From contig JAQFVV010000006.1 of the NCBI GenBank assembly GCA_028023455.1, forward strand, positions 5,828,001-5,892,000: 64,000 nucleotides of DNA, written 5' to 3'. This stretch comes from Epiperipatus broadwayi. Lineage: Eukaryota; Animalia; Onychophora. Positions 1-14,179 of the stretch are shown here, in pieces. The notes under the pieces are model-generated. The model did not search any database and was not told where the DNA came from. It saw only the letters and a list, made by a program, of their open reading frames with translations. Position numbers and translations under genes: made by a program. How positions within the stretch are numbered: position 1 is the first letter of the stretch; the number at the start of each line of letters is the position of its first letter.

Positions 1-819
1 TTTGATTAATTCTGAATTGTATAAGATTGTAACAATTTTGTTTCACAATGAACTAATAGATGTTAAAAGGCTGTATGTAGTCCTTTACAATGTGGATGTT
101 ATAGCTACTTTTAGAGGTTTTTAATAATAAAATATTGCATTTGTACTGGGCAAAGAATAGAAGACTTAATATTGTTTTTATAATAAGATAGTGCTTTGGA
201 GTAAATAAATGATGAATAAATTAATAATAATATTTTTTGACCATCATCATTTCCAATTACTACCAATTAAGATGAAGTCCAATAGTTTTCTTTCCATTAC
301 ATTATTCCAGTATTTTTTTTATTTCACTCAATTATTTTTTATTCTAAACATGATTTCTTAAAAAACAAATAGCAATTACACACAAACTCATATATATATA
401 CCCACTCTTTCTAGCTTCAATATCTCAGTTAAGAACAATCAATCGTAATAAATGTTATTTTTATCACAATTATGCCACCTAGTGTCAACTTTATTTATTA
501 ATAGATATGAGACACTAGTGATTAATAAATCCCAATCCAGTGCTGTTCTATCCTCAGACTAGTTTCTAGCATATGGCTTTCATTAAAGATGAGGTTGAAT
601 ATTGGATAAAAAAGTACTAAGGATTTATTTACATCTGGCATTATAAATTACTAAATCTTACACTAAGTGGCATAATTGTGGTGAGAAAAAGGAAATCGTT
701 GATGAGCAGTATGGTGTAAGCATTAAATGAGATAGTACGGTAGCTTATTGGTTTCATATAGATCAAATACCTAAAATGGTCAAACATACAGCATTTTTCA
801 CCTTAAATTCAGAGATAAA

Positions 820-1480
820 AGTTAAGTTTGTGCATAAACTCCCTATCTAGTGCCTACTCATCAGTGAGGAGCTTTGGATCTGGGACTTGGGTTGAAGACA
901 TTAGTGTTTTCATCTTGAGCTGATAGTTTTATAGTTAACTAAATAGTTAAAAGGTGGCTGATTGAGGGTTGCCTTGGATTCAGCTGCACCACTCTCAGAT
1001 CCGAAGCTTTTCACTGATGAAAGCCACAAGCAAGAAACTAGTCTGGAGATATTGGATGAGTAGGTACTAGATAGGGATTTATCCACCCATTGATTACTAA
1101 AGTTTGCATTGGATTGTACTACTATATAGTTTGCTACTGTTAATACTTCTATTCCTTTAGGTGAATGGCAACCCAGACAAATGATCACATTGTTCATCTG
1201 CAATCCACACAAACATACTGAGATCACATGATCACCATTTCATATGCTTACACATGCTGTTAATACAGTAGTGTCACCAAGTATTGCATTGGATCCTATG
1301 ATCTAGGTGCAGTGCTCTCAAATCTAAGGCTCCTCACTGATGAAGGCCACAAGGCAGAAACTAGTCTGGGGATATTGGATGAGTAGCCACTAGATAGGGA
1401 TTTTATGCACAAACCTTCCTGCATTCATTATTTGTGAAGGTTTGCACTTGGTAGCACTACTATATGGAGAAGTTGATACT
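820..1480. repeat. HH-A locus: short minus arm plus two tandem plus-strand cores (1014 and 1337)
   Basis: ctgatgaaagccacaagcaagaaactagtc and ctgatgaaggccacaaggcagaaactagtc; GTC sites 323 nt apart. Confidence 0.8.
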
Positions 1481-2129
1481 GAGAAGATATTAAGGGATTT
1501 GTTTTACTTAATTTTTTTACAAAGATGAATCAAAGGATTCCAAATTACTTTTTCTGCCCCCACCAAAAAAATATAACGTCTTTAAGAATAAATGTGCTGA
1601 GTTTTTTTTTAAAAATAAAAATTAAAAAACATTATTTTTTGAAACTTTGCTGTAGTATTTCTCTTTTTACTTTTTCGTTAGTTAATTATATGTTGAAAAA
1701 TATTACATAGATTTTCCAAATGGATTTTACCAATAGATGATTTAATATTTGGACAAATAAAGTGCTAACATAAATTATTCAAAAATGAATTTAAAAATAT
1801 TTTGTTTGAAATTATTTTTAAAACTGAATTTTTTTTTTAATTAAGAGGATTTATTATTTAATTTTCTATTGCTATTATATGTATAAAAAAGATTACATGA
1901 TAAATATTTTTTCTTCTGAAACATAATCATCATCAGCAACACTCATGCGCAAAGATACAAAATCAGAAATAGCAATATATTATGGATGAGTTTACTGAAG
2001 ATTACACAAACCAATCTGTGAACCACATCCATATATAGAACATGCTGGTCCATTATTCTGTTGGTGATCATGTTAAAAATAGGGTTCGTTCACTGGTTTT
2101 GTAACATTTCAAGCTCCCCATATAGTAGG

Positions 2130-2350
2130 GCCACTCAGTGAAAGCCAGATTAATCAATGAATGCCAGAAGGTTTGTGCATAAAATCCCTATCTAGAGCAT
2201 ACTCATCCAATATCCCCAGACTAGTTTCTAACTTGTGGCTTTCATCAGTGAAGAGTCGTGGATCTGAGAGCATTGCACCTAGATCTTAGGATCTATTGCA
2301 TCCATTGATTGCTCTAACTTGCACTGAGTGGCACTACTGTATGGAGAATT
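2130..2350. repeat. HH-A fold-back
   Basis: A minus arm with a core is followed by a short plus-strand 3' tail (...ctgtatggagaattttgcctgtt). Confidence 0.75.
2205..2263 (-). ncRNA. HH-A hammerhead with intact core
   Basis: Reverse complement: tcttca CTGATGA A AGC cacaa GTT A GAAA CTAG TC tgggga ta ttggat. Confidence 0.65.
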
Positions 2351-2559
2351 TTGCCTGTTTTAATAACCCTATTATTAACATTAAAGCATTACTTTTCCCA
2401 CAATCTTATTCCCCATGACTGTACATTCCAACACAGCACTCCTCAAAAATTAGTCCTGGACTTATTTTAACCACATGATATGGACAACAATGTTCAATCA
2501 TTAATATATTTCTCTTGAATCTAATCTTCTTTTAAAAAAAACAAAGAAGAATTCAATTG

Positions 2560-2830
2560 GAGACACTATTTTCGAGAATAATCCAACATGGCTTGAAGTT
2601 TTCTTAATTTCTGCAGCAAATTTTGTTCTTGGGAAGATGCCAACATTCTCATTTAATCGTTGCTTTCCACTGCATTCAATTTTCAACCATATCTTCCCAA
2701 TAAAAACAATCAAAATTGCATGTCTTCAGAATATCTTTGGATAATCTTTAAAAGGTTAACAGGGTGTACCGCAACCATTGATATCATGCTTAAGTTTGCC
2801 CAAAAATACTTTTTAGGAAATCTGTTATTA
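2560..2830 (-). mobile_element. Degenerate RTE-like LINE C-terminal fragment
   Basis: Frameshifted PKK.F.G.LKH..., PFKD..KDILKTCNFD and WEDMVEN*MQWKATIK, which is typical of RTE ORF ends. Confidence 0.55.
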
Positions 2831-3429
2831 TTACAAATTGTAGTAAATTTAATATATTAAACTTAAATCAAAATCCAATTTCTCTTTGCAATTAACAATA
2901 AAAAAGATTTTCTTTTTAAAAAATTTTATTTTCATTATATTTTTTATATTACAACGGGGTCCAATTTGTATTTTAAGGAATCTTAACAATGAATGCATTT
3001 TGTATTCAGGCTTTTATTCATAATACTTAAATGAACCAAGCAGGGCAAATTCCTAATGTCCACTCCATACGTTCTTGTCATTGCAGCTGTTATTACTATG
3101 TGATTAGTCATATAGTATATGAACATGGATGGGCTGCTCACCAACACGCATTAGCCAGCATGGTAGGTTTATTGGCTTTTTACCTCTGAGTTTAAGATCA
3201 AGAAACACCATGGTCTTTCTTCTCAGTTGCCCCTGATAAGGCAGAATGAATGTTTGTGTAAATGATAAATATTTTTCCAATATATACAATTATGACAGAC
3301 AAAAATAAATCATGACCCTTATTCCCAGGAAGCTGTAAAGTCACCAACCAAGGCAGCAGTTGATGGCTGAAGGCGGAGGGTTCAAGAATCCATTCAATTT
3401 TATTCTCTCTATATAATTATCTATTTTAG

Positions 3430-4690
3430 TCAAGTTTATTTTTTAAATACTTTTTCCATTAAACATTAACATTTTTTTTTTACTTTCTTTGTTCTTAATA
3501 GCACACTTATATTCTCAATATACTTTTTTTCTCTCTTTTTCACATTTACTAACTCTCATTAGCCTATTATTTTTATTCTTTCTGAAAATTCTCACCTTCA
3601 ACTTCATCACACCAGTCCTTATATTCATCCCCAATCAACTATTCTATAGTTTCTTCAACTTTTATTTTCTATTCCTCTTATTCTTATCATTCATTTTCCA
3701 TCCACATTTTCCCCTATCCTTTCTATTTTTATTACTACTTTCCATCACATTACTAACCATTTCTATTATAAAGAAATTATGATCACTATTACATACTCTC
3801 TCTTTATTATCAAACACTTTAATTTTCTGTGCTTTATTTATTCTCTCTTTCTCTACTAATACATAATCTATTGTGTGGAATATATTATTTCTGGACCATG
3901 TGTATTGTCCATCATAAATATTTGATAAATTTACAATGCTGAAATTCACTCTCTGACAAAAATTCTTCAAAAGCTGTCCATTCTTATTACCTACATCATC
4001 AATTTCTTCATTATGCCCATTCATATCCCCTATAACCATTATTCTCTTCCCCTTTTCTTTGAAACTCTGTATATCCTTAACTAGATATTCATATATGCTA
4101 CTGTTCCACTCCACTATATTTTGATTATCTCCATTAGCTATATACACTATAGCCACCATCCATTCTTGTCTTCCTAATCTTATCTCAAACCACAATTGTT
4201 CTTGACATTTAACAGTATTTAAATATTTTTTTGACATAACTCCTATACCACCAGCCCTTTTTTCTTTTTCTTTTCAATTTATACTCTGCCATACCAAGTC
4301 TTCCAGAATAGTTTCTTCTTCTTCTCTTAGATGTGTTTCCACTACTGCTAATATCTCAAGCTCATCATTTTTAATTGCCTTGTTTAACCTCAGCCACTTT
4401 TCTGGTCTCTTATCACCTTGCATATTCAAATACCCAATTTTAATATTGTCTTCATTCCTAACTACTCTTTTGCAAATTCTTTTGTCTATTTCTTCTCCAT
4501 TACATTTATAAATAACTTGCTTACCATTAATTTTACAGACCCATTCCCTCTCCGCATCTACATTTATATCTAAATCAGTTATCCTTTGTTTATTTCTTAC
4601 ATCTAGTCCATTCTTCTTTCTCATAACACTGATATTTAAATCCCCACCCCCCTTTACAAGTTTCCCCTAACTATATTCTTTATAAATCAG
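3430..4690 (-). mobile_element. Fragment of the same LINE family (region upstream of ORF2 plus endonuclease domain)
   Basis: ORFs 4274-4624 and 3662-4237 (IKIGYLNMQG, VVETHLREEEE, QEQLWFEIRLGRQEWMVA, IGDMNGH, SDHN) are close paralogs of 23608-24730. Confidence 0.9.
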
Positions 4691-5158
4691 ACTCCCTATT
4701 GTGTTGCTATATGCTGCCCTCTTTTGATAGAAAATATAAATAAAATTACGAATCTACAAATAATGCATTTTAATTAATTTGCTATTTGATTAACTTCAAT
4801 GACAGACCGTCAAGCTTGGATTTTATTAATTTTACTATGTGTTTAACACTTTTATTTTGAATTGTATAAAAATTGATTACAGTATAAGTCAATAGTGTGT
4901 GCTCCATGGAACGAACAAAAACATTATTCCGTTCTAACAACTTCAATCTTTTAAAAACTTTTCTTGGAAAAATGTAATTTAAAATAAATACACACAAAAT
5001 GTATATATAAAAAAGCTTGATTTAATACTTTAACAGCATAGTATGCTAAGCATGCTTTCGACTAACTGAATATGACAATCTATTAATAGAAAGCATTATT
5101 TTGAATAATACAGTTACAATATTTTAAAGCTATTATTATAAAGGACTGAAAATTTTGA

Positions 5159-5615
5159 AATTATTCAAACGGAAGTCAATCTACAATAATGCACTATTTC
5201 TTAAATATTATAAATCTCAACGCACTCTCCTGCCAGTAAGAATTTAAAAAAACTTAAGTGAATCACTTAAGTTTGGAACGTACATTCTATATACACCAAC
5301 TCTTACAAACCATGCTTAAATCAGGGAATCTATTGTGTGCCTCATGTTATAATCAAATGTTCAATTATTATAATCAAATATTCAATATATTAAATCGAAT
5401 TGTACAATTGAATGTTTGATTATAACATCAGGCACACAATAGACTCAAGCCCTGATTTAAGCATGGTCTGTAAGAGTTGATGTATATAGAATGTACACTC
5501 TAAACTTAAGTGAATCACTTAAGTTTTTTAAATTCTTACTGGCAGGAGAATGCGTTGAGATTTATAATATTTAAGAAGTAGTGCATTATCGGAGATTGAC
5601 TTCCGTTTGAATAAT
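5159..5615. repeat. ~460-bp palindromic MITE-like element
   Basis: attattcaaacggaagtcaatc ... gattgacttccgtttgaataat; arms ~215 bp. Confidence 0.85.
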
Positions 5616-7564
5616 TATAATATTTTATAAACTTTTTCAACTTTTTTTCATAATAAATGTCAAAAATAAAAGTTTGGATATTGACTTTTGTTTTCATAAC
5701 ATAGATAAAAACAAGCATATATCTATTCTACATGATCACTGAATGCTATATAACTACTGTTTCCAGAATGTTATGCCATGAAAACATTTTTGAATCAAAT
5801 TCATACATTTAATAATTTATGCCCTTGTTTGCCACATTAGTCTTCAAAGATATTGATAACAGACTATATGGCAATACAAAATTCTTTTATCTGTGGAAAC
5901 AATTTTTTTAATTAAATCCACAAATAATACAGTATCCAGCAGAAAGTTATGCCGATTGTAGAATGAGAATAGTCAGAGATATTTGTACTAGCTTTGTGCC
6001 ATGTCCTGGATTAACTGTACAATATGGTAAATTTTCTATTGTCACATAACTATTATTAAAAATATTTTTTATTAAAATTATCACACATTAGTAATTAGAG
6101 ATTTGCATCCTATTACATGTTTTTTTTTACATATTGATTTTTCCGTCATTTGTATTTGTAATTCAAATTTGCAAACATTTATTCATCTGCATGACAAGTG
6201 GCTTCTTTCTTCTTTATAACATAATGCTAAGTACACTTTCAGTTAAGTTCATCATGATCATAGTCTGATTATGGTGAACTTCAGCAAAAGTGTGCTTAGC
6301 GTTAGATTATAAAAAAGTAACGACTTTGTTATTCAGATGAAAAAACATTTGCAAATTTGAGTTTTTATTATATTTATATATACGTTTAGAGCCATTATAA
6401 TTTTGACATAAGCAAATCTACAAATAAATGTTGTATAATTGATTCACTATTTATAAGATCATTTGGATCTCTGAGATTTTATTGATAAACAATAATAATA
6501 TATAAATAAAATATACTTTATAAAAACACACTTTATTTAATTTTACGAGAAGTGCACTAAATACCAAAAAAAAAAATTTTGTTCAATTTTGATTGGTAGA
6601 TTCGGTGTGAAATAAATAATAAAAATGGGAGGGGGGCATCCATAATTTAATTAATTCAGTGGACCCCCCTCCATCCATTTCAAGTTAAATCTACCAATCC
6701 AAATTGCGATTAAAAAATGTTTTTGTTTTTTTTTTTTGTTTTGTATTTCATACATTTCTCATTAAACTAAATCAAAGTATTTTTTATTAAATATTTTTTA
6801 TATAAATTATTTTTTACTTTTTAGTGTACTAGAATCTTTTGTGACAGACTTTTTGTAACTATTTGTATTCAAATTTAAAAAGTAGGAATACAAACAATGT
6901 CATCATATTTCTAGTATTCCGAAATAAAATCTGTGCAAGTTAAAAATCATTTACCGGATTTTTTTTATTATCATTTACCGGATTTTTTTTATTTAGGAAA
7001 GCATCCATTTTTTAAAAAAACAAGTTTTAGTTAAATAATCAAGAGAATTTAAGATTTCATCCTTCATTTGTTTCTCTTTCTATTTTAATTAACTGTAAAA
7101 TTACTCATGAAAATTTATTTTTACAACATATACTGACATCTTGTGAGTATCACTGAAAACATAAGTACTTTGAAATTCACAAATCATTGTGGATTAATAT
7201 GATTGGATATATTATATGTAAAATTTAAAAAAAAAACAAAAGTAAATGTAAACAAACATTTGCATATTCATATTATTTAATATATATTCTATTTAGATAT
7301 CCTATCCCACTATTTATATACTGTTATTTCTATATACTATAAGTATATAAAATTATATATATAATCCTTTCCTCATATCTAAATAATTTTTTTTTCTCTT
7401 ATTGCTCTCTCAGTTTTCATATTTTATTTACTTTTTTAAATTGTGGATGATTAAACCTATGAATAACACACATATGGAGAGTTATATTTGCTCTATGTAT
7501 GTGTTGGAGAATTGCAGATTGCTAAAATATTTGTATTTTATTATTAACAAAAACAATAACTTAC

Positions 7565-7709
7565 CAATAAACATGACAATTTTATTATCACTTGGTCTTT
7601 CATAGACAGCATCTATATGGGTAAAATCTCGAGGTAGGCCATACCAAAATTCCCTAGTTTCAAAGGGATAATTTTCCATCAATCCATTATTGTTCAGTCT
7701 CCAGAAATA
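7565..7709 (-). CDS. Mmp2: Internal exon of a matrix metalloproteinase (hemopexin domain), Drosophila Mmp2-like
   Basis: Minus strand: acceptor ttttcttttaacag, 145 nt encoding YFWRLNNNGLMENYPFETREFWYGLPRDFTHIDAVYERPSDNKIVMFI-G, donor gtaagt (phase 0 in, phase 1 out). It has hemopexin repeat motifs (YFWR, YP..., IDAVYE, IVxFxG) and closely parallels arthropod Mmp2 as recalled. No flanking exons were found by eye. Confidence 0.9.
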
Positions 7710-8764
7710 CTGTTAAAAGAAAACACAAAAATGACTTTGAAAAAAAGTAATAACTGAAATTCTTAGTAAAATAAAAACACATTATAAATCTAAGGTTGTA
7801 TTCAAATATGAGTGTGGCCATGTGCATGTGTGTTTAGATCATACATATTATATATATATCTTAGTTTTAAAACTCACTAAAGTGTTTATTTACATTTTCA
7901 TAAAAGATAGCTTGGAATTAAACAATTCAAATAAGCAGTCTAAATTTAATATTAAACACTAATTAATTAAAATAATTTACAATATGAAAATTTTGAAATG
8001 TATTTGTATATATGCAAATATGTTTACACCAGTGACACAGCTTGACTTTTTTAGGAACGGAAGCACACATCTTTTTTTATGTTTTTATCTGTGTGACTTT
8101 TTTAGAATGGAAACACTACTTTTTTAATGTTTTTATTTCACTTGCCACAACAATTTTTACATAATAGCATCTAATATATATATTACACAAAAATTGTGCT
8201 AGAATGCATTAGTGTAGTTCATTCTTTCATTATATATAAAACAATTCAATAGTTAGTAAAAAAAAAATTGAAAGTAAATTTTTTAAATTGAATTTTTAAT
8301 TAAAGCTTTTGAAAGTTTTAGTAAGTTTTTCTATGGAAGCACTCATTCCGTTCAATATGTGGATGCTTCATCCCTGGGTTACACATACATGATGGTTAAT
8401 ATAAAAACAAGATATTTATTTATATATTCATAAAAGATAGTTGGAAATAAAACAATTCGAATTGTCTAAATTTAATAATAAAAACTAATTAATTAAAGTA
8501 ATTATATAATATAAAAAATGTAAAACTTAGTACCATTTATGCACATATGTTTACACATGTACATAAGTTAATATGAACACAATTAATAATGTATAAAGTA
8601 TAACATTATTAAAATATGAAACATGTATGTTACATTCAAATTAATATATTTAAAATATTATTAATTAATGCAACATTAGCAAGTGTGTAATAGTTATGCA
8701 AAACATGCATGAATGATTCATTGTGCGTGAGAGAATTTAAGCACCTCCTATTATATTATTTAAG

Positions 8765-8960
8765 TAAAATATAAGATCACATGATCACTATTTCTTATTC
8801 TAGCACATAACTGTTATTAAAGCAGGCAAACTTTCCATACAGTAGTGCCACCCTGTGCCAATCAGAGTAATCAATGGATGCCAGAATCCATTGATTACTG
8901 TGGTTGTCATGAGTGACACTACTATATGGAGAGTTTTGCCTGTTAAGATGTTATATAACA
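8765..8960. repeat. HH-A terminal-only fold-back (no core)
   Basis: aggcaaactttccatacagtagtgcc ... gacactactatatggagagttttgcct. Confidence 0.7.
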
Positions 8961-9732
8961 GTCAAATTCTAAATGGTGAACTATGAGAATATAAGGCTCA
9001 TAGGTCTAGTTAGGGAAACTTCTCCTTAATCAGCTGTGCCAAGTGCTAAAGATCACTAACCACAAATCAAAAATGAGCGTGAATGTTATATATATATTAA
9101 ATGTATAATTTTATATGCTCTTGTTAACAATGAAGAGTATATACAATTCTTAGTGTTTGTGCTCTAATGTATAAAATAAATAAAGCCTGATATTTTCAAA
9201 CACCACACTAGTTTCTGGCTATTGTCTGTTTTTAATGAGTATTAGATTTGCATTCACACTTCTATTGATCTGTTTTACTTTTTAATACTGTCCAAGCTAA
9301 TAACTTGAAACTGAAAAATACTCTAAGGTTTCGAAGCCAAACTAACTTAGCCATAACGTATTATAAATCTGAGACTAAATTAACAGTCATATATTTTAGT
9401 GATCTCAGCTTTATGCTAACTTTAGCCATCTTCGATCCTTTGGCAGAAAATAGTATATAATAAATAAAGTATCGCAAGACCTTCAGTACTTTCTTTCAAC
9501 ATCTGCATTAAGATCAATACATCCCATTAATGTTTGGTCGCTATTTAAATTTACAATAAATGATTCTGTATTGTTTTTGAAATATAGTAGAGTGAACAGA
9601 ATAAATTATTATTCCTAGTGTAGATGTTAACCATTAAAATGAAAGTCATATGAGGTGTTATTTGATATATATATATAATAATTAAAACAAGTTATAAATT
9701 TTGTAACTTGCTTTTAAGCTTGCATTTTATGA

Positions 9733-9896
9733 TCACTAGATGGAGCTTACCAATAGCTCTAAACAAGCTTTGTTTTTATAAGTGCCGAAAGAGATAGAAT
9801 TCAAAATCTCTATCGATAGAGATTTTGAATTCTATCTCTTTTGGCATTTATAAAAACAAAGCTTGTTTAGAGCCATTGGTAAGCTCCATCTAGTGA
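9733..9896. repeat. Near-perfect 164-bp palindrome made of HH-D-type 3' termini
   Basis: Centre aaatctctatcgatagagattt; accaatagctctaaacaagc is shared with 55160, 55580 and 62590. Confidence 0.85.
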
Positions 9897-9907
9897 TATA
9901 TATATAT

Positions 9908-10400
9908 ATACAAGGGGACCCAAAAATAACTGAACTCATTCTCTGATTTGTGCACTTGTTGCAGTATATGCTTCTGCTGTTATATACTTCTTGCAGAAAT
10001 ACTTCTGTATCAACCTTCCATATGACATCACCATGTGAAATTGTGGTGCCACATAATACATTTTTTCTAAAGCGCATTTCACATATTTGGTGATTTTTAT
10101 AATGACTGAAAAGTATGAACAATACAAAATTCTATGCTTGTTTACAGAAAATGTTAGGGTAAACAGATATAATACTTTAAACAGATTACATGCAAGCTGA
10201 TCTCAGAACAACACAAGTTTATGAGTAGTTTAATTGAAATGTTAAATTCACATCCCTAAAATGCATGGCAAGTAAAGTCTAAAGTCAAAATAATGCAGAT
10301 TTTTTTTTTTTTTTTGCTGTAAACGGAAATTTGCAATGGTCAGACATTTTATTTTTGGCAACTTCTGAAACATTTCTGTGATGGGGCAAAATTTAAGCAC
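9908..10400 (-). mobile_element. Possible Tc1/mariner remnant
   Basis: TA-flanked ends tacaagggg... and ...caccctgt; the peptide FLQEVYNS..YCNKCTN weakly resembles a transposase C-terminus. Confidence 0.35.
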
Positions 10401-11279
10401 CCTGTTTTATAGCAAAGAGAGAAGTGCAAACTTTACTCCCAACAAAGTGTCATCTCTCAAAGCCTTCAGTATAAATATTTTTAATTAAATTCAGCATGAC
10501 TCAAGTCATCTATCAGCTATATGCACTCGATCTCGCTGCTTCATGTAATTTTTTTTTAATTTCTCAAATGAAAAAAATCTCTCTCTTTTTTTTATGGACT
10601 TAGAAGTGATGGGGAGAATGCCACATGTCTTTAAAGTATCACTTTACAAGTGTTTCCAGATTACTTTGAAAAATGAAAAACATGTTTAGACCTGTGTATT
10701 GCATCAAATGAATAGTAATTTGAAAGCGATTAAATTTATAACACTTAAAAACAAATAAGCAATTTTTTTATTATAAAATTCCAGTTACTTTTTACCTCCT
10801 CATATATATGTAAATTAATTAGTAAATAATCATTATATATACAAAGTTAAATCCACAGCCAAGGTATATTGACATACAGCAACCAATCAGATCGGTTCTG
10901 CAGACTGAATGAAAACATTAAAAAAAAACTGTCCATGTTACTACTAATCAAAAGGAGGCCTTCTTTTGATCAGTTTCTTATGATGTTATGTATGAGCTAG
11001 TAGCTAGACATTACAACTATAAAAGTCAAGATACAATGTATGGTAACATTTCTCCCTCATGCCAACTAAAATCAAGGCACTTCCATCAAAAAATCATGTG
11101 TTCAAATTTAATATTTTTAGTGATTAATATAAATGTAAATTAATTAGTAAATGCAATATATGCAGCAACCAATCAGAATTATTCTAGCTGTGGATTTAAC
11201 TTCTTATATATAATGGTCATCTCATTTACTAACTAATTTACATCAATATTAACTGTTAAAAATATTAAATTTAAATACT

Positions 11280-11960
11280 CAGAGGCAAAACTCTCCATAC
11301 AGTAGCATCATTCGGTGCAAGCCAGAGTAATCAATGGATGCGTAAAATCCCTATCCAATACCTACTCATCCAATATCCCCAGATTAGTTTCTAGCTTGTT
11401 GACTTCTTCAGTCAGTGAGGAGCTTTGAATCTGAAAGCATTGTACCTAGATCTTATGACCTAATGCAACCATCCAGCAGTCACCTTTTACCTTATTTAAT
11501 TATAAAGCATTGAGTTCAAAATGGAAGCACAATAATGTTTTCAATTCAAGCTTATCAGCTTGTATAATCATATAGATCTGAACTCAGTTCAGCATCCATA
11601 CTTTTTAATAATTTTGGTTCTTTAATAGCCACAGTCACTATGATCCTATTGGGCAGGATTTGTATTAAACCATTAAACATCACATGATCACCATTCTTTA
11701 TACTTACACAAGCTGTTTACACAGAGGCAAAACTCTCCCTACAGTAGTGGCATTCAGTGCAAGCACATCCAAGGCTCGAACTGATAAAAGCCACAAGATA
11801 GAAACTAGTCTGGGGATATTGGATAGTAGAGACTACATAGGGATTTTATGCACAAACCTTTCTGCTTCCATTGAGTACTCTGGCTTGCCCCGAGTGATGT
11901 TCCTGTATGGAGAGTTCTTCCTCTGTATAAACAACTTGTGAAAGCATAAAGAATGATCAA
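11280..11960. repeat. HH-A tandem plus fold-back locus
   Basis: Full minus unit 11280-11690, short minus arm, then a plus arm with a degenerate core at ~11780. Confidence 0.8.
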
Positions 11961-13003
11961 GTGATGTTGGTGGTTTAATTAAATTTATATATATACCTGC
12001 TGATGGCAGTCTTAATTTCAGTTGGAAGGTAAGAAATGTTGCTATACGTTGTATCTCAATTCTTATTGCTACAATATCCAGCTACTAATTCATATTTAAT
12101 AATGTGGGTCACCAATCAAAAGAGGCCTTCTTTTAATTAATAGTCACTTAGACAAGTTTGCTATTGTTTTCATTCAGCCTGAAGAACTGCTCTGATTGGT
12201 TGTTGTACATCAATACACTTTGGTTGTACATTTTTACTCTTATATAAATACTATATCATGTGGTTGTTCGAAGGTATTCATTTATTAATAACATTCTCAC
12301 AGCGTCTGCGCAATTAGCTTAACAGGCTGTCATTCTATCGTAATTTAACTTTGTATATATAACAGTTATCACATTTGCTAATTAATTTGTATCTATATTA
12401 ACCATTAAAAATATTAAATATATATATATCAAATGATAAAAATTACTTTTTTTTGTCTGTTTGTAAATATTATTGCACCACTTTCTCAGAATGCTTGTAA
12501 AAATAAAATAATAAATTATACTTGCTACTTCATATCTTATAAAGATGCGTTTCAGACATATGAAACAGCCCTTATCAGGATGTGCTGCATTTATTAATAT
12601 TATATATATAATTCTAAGAATTGTAAGATACCTATAAATAAATTACAGCTTCAAATATATAACATGATAATGTTAACTTATTCATAAATAATCTAAGTCC
12701 AAAAATATTACTATTATAATTAACAAGTCAAATTCCAAAAAAATCATTTAAATAATCTTGCAAATATTGCCCACTTCTTTTAAATTACATGATATCAATT
12801 GTTGAGTTATTGCGATATAATAAATTGGAAGTCACAGAGGCAAACTCTCTATACAATAGTGCTACTCAGTGCAAGCCAGAATAATCAATGGATGCAGAAA
12901 GGTTTGAGCATAAAATCTCTGTACAGTGCCTACTCATCCAATATTTCCAGATTAGTTTCTAGCTTGTGGCTTTGGTGATTATATGATTTTTAATGGTTTA
13001 AAG

Positions 13004-13497
13004 CAGGGGTGGTCAAATAGCTGCCCAAGGGCCACATGCGGCCCGCTAAGAGTTTTTATGTGACCCACCAAGACAATCAGAAAAATCCATCTTGAACTGA
13101 GATTTCCTTCCTGTGCACAACTGAAGATTCGGCTCATATTTTTCACTAGGATGGCCACATTAATACACATGCACAGTGTAGATACAATGTGTAGTGCTTT
13201 TCCAATTGGCCTGGTTAATTTCAATTTTCTCTTTGCATTAACAAATAGATACATTTCCAACTTTAGTGAAACCATAAACTCTCCAAAAAAATGTGAAATC
13301 GGTGATGAATGTCATGTGTTTAATGAAGAATGGACAAACAAATATTTATTTGATAATACAAGGAATAAAGCAGTGTGTTTATTGTGACATAAAAAAAGGT
13401 GCGGCCCTCCGCTAACCTTTGCTTCCACAAAGTGGCCCCCGATATGACCTTCCACCAAACTCTGTGGCCCCCAAGCCAAAACAATTGCCCACTCCTG
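13004..13497 (+). mobile_element. hAT (Charlie/SPIN-like) MITE with intact 8-bp target site duplication
   Basis: TIRs CAGGGGTGGTCAAAT...AATTGCCCACTCCTG, TSD GTTTAAAG at 12996-13003 and 13498-13505, subterminal GGGCCACATGCGGCCCG, and a transposase N-terminal remnant (GDECHVFNEEWTNKYLF...KAVCLL). Confidence 0.92.
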
Positions 13498-13861
13498 GTT
13501 TAAAGGGAAAGTCAGATAAAAGTGGCCATTAGGGTTTTTTTTTAATTGGACAAAAATATAGGCAATGATATAAGGAAAGGTAAACATTATTTTCAGGATT
13601 ATTTACATGTTCTTTGGGAATCTGATTTCTGAATTATTGTAATGTTTTTAGATATAACTATGTCATGAATAGGTATACAGTGAATGTAAGAGTAAAATTC
13701 CATAAATAAATTATATATGAAAATAAACTAGTTACAACTTTAATAAGACTTTCTATGGCAGCATAGTCTAATTTGATAATAGAAGGTATTCAAGGAGTGA
13801 ACTCACACAGAATAAAGTGTTACTCCATTATTTTTTATAAGCAAAACAAAAATTCCTGCAA

Positions 13862-13972
13862 GTATTGGTAGCCGAAAGGTCAGCACAGCTGCCTTGCAAG
13901 AAACCAGTTGCTTGCAGACAATTGTCGTGGGTTTGCTTCCCAGCCGATACTTTGACATATGGAAAAAAAAAT
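13862..13972 (+). mobile_element. tRNA-Gly SINE, variant with an anticodon-arm insertion
   Basis: Same head and gacatatg-A tail, with an extra ~20 nt (gcaagaaaccagttgcttgcagac). Confidence 0.75.
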
Positions 13973-14179
13973 CCTGTCAAAAATATTAGTAAAATGTTCC
14001 TTTTTCATTTTGAGAAATACTTGTATGTAAATATGGATACTAAACATGTGTACATTGACTTTATACAGGTCATTCAAAGATACGCCTACAGGTCTTAGAT
14101 ACTTGAAATGTATTTCATCAAAATTAAAAATCATGCCCCTACTCTTGGCTATCTCCTATACATGAGAAAATCAGTAATC

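Noticed and set aside
3000-3290. Possible CR1-like RT remnant (KDHGV...KANK)
   Set aside because: Too degenerate to support without alignment.
10620-10730. SFDAI on the minus strand as the preceding MMP exon
   Set aside because: It is followed by HRSKHVFHFSK* rather than xxIRxExFxFK, and no donor is in the right phase.
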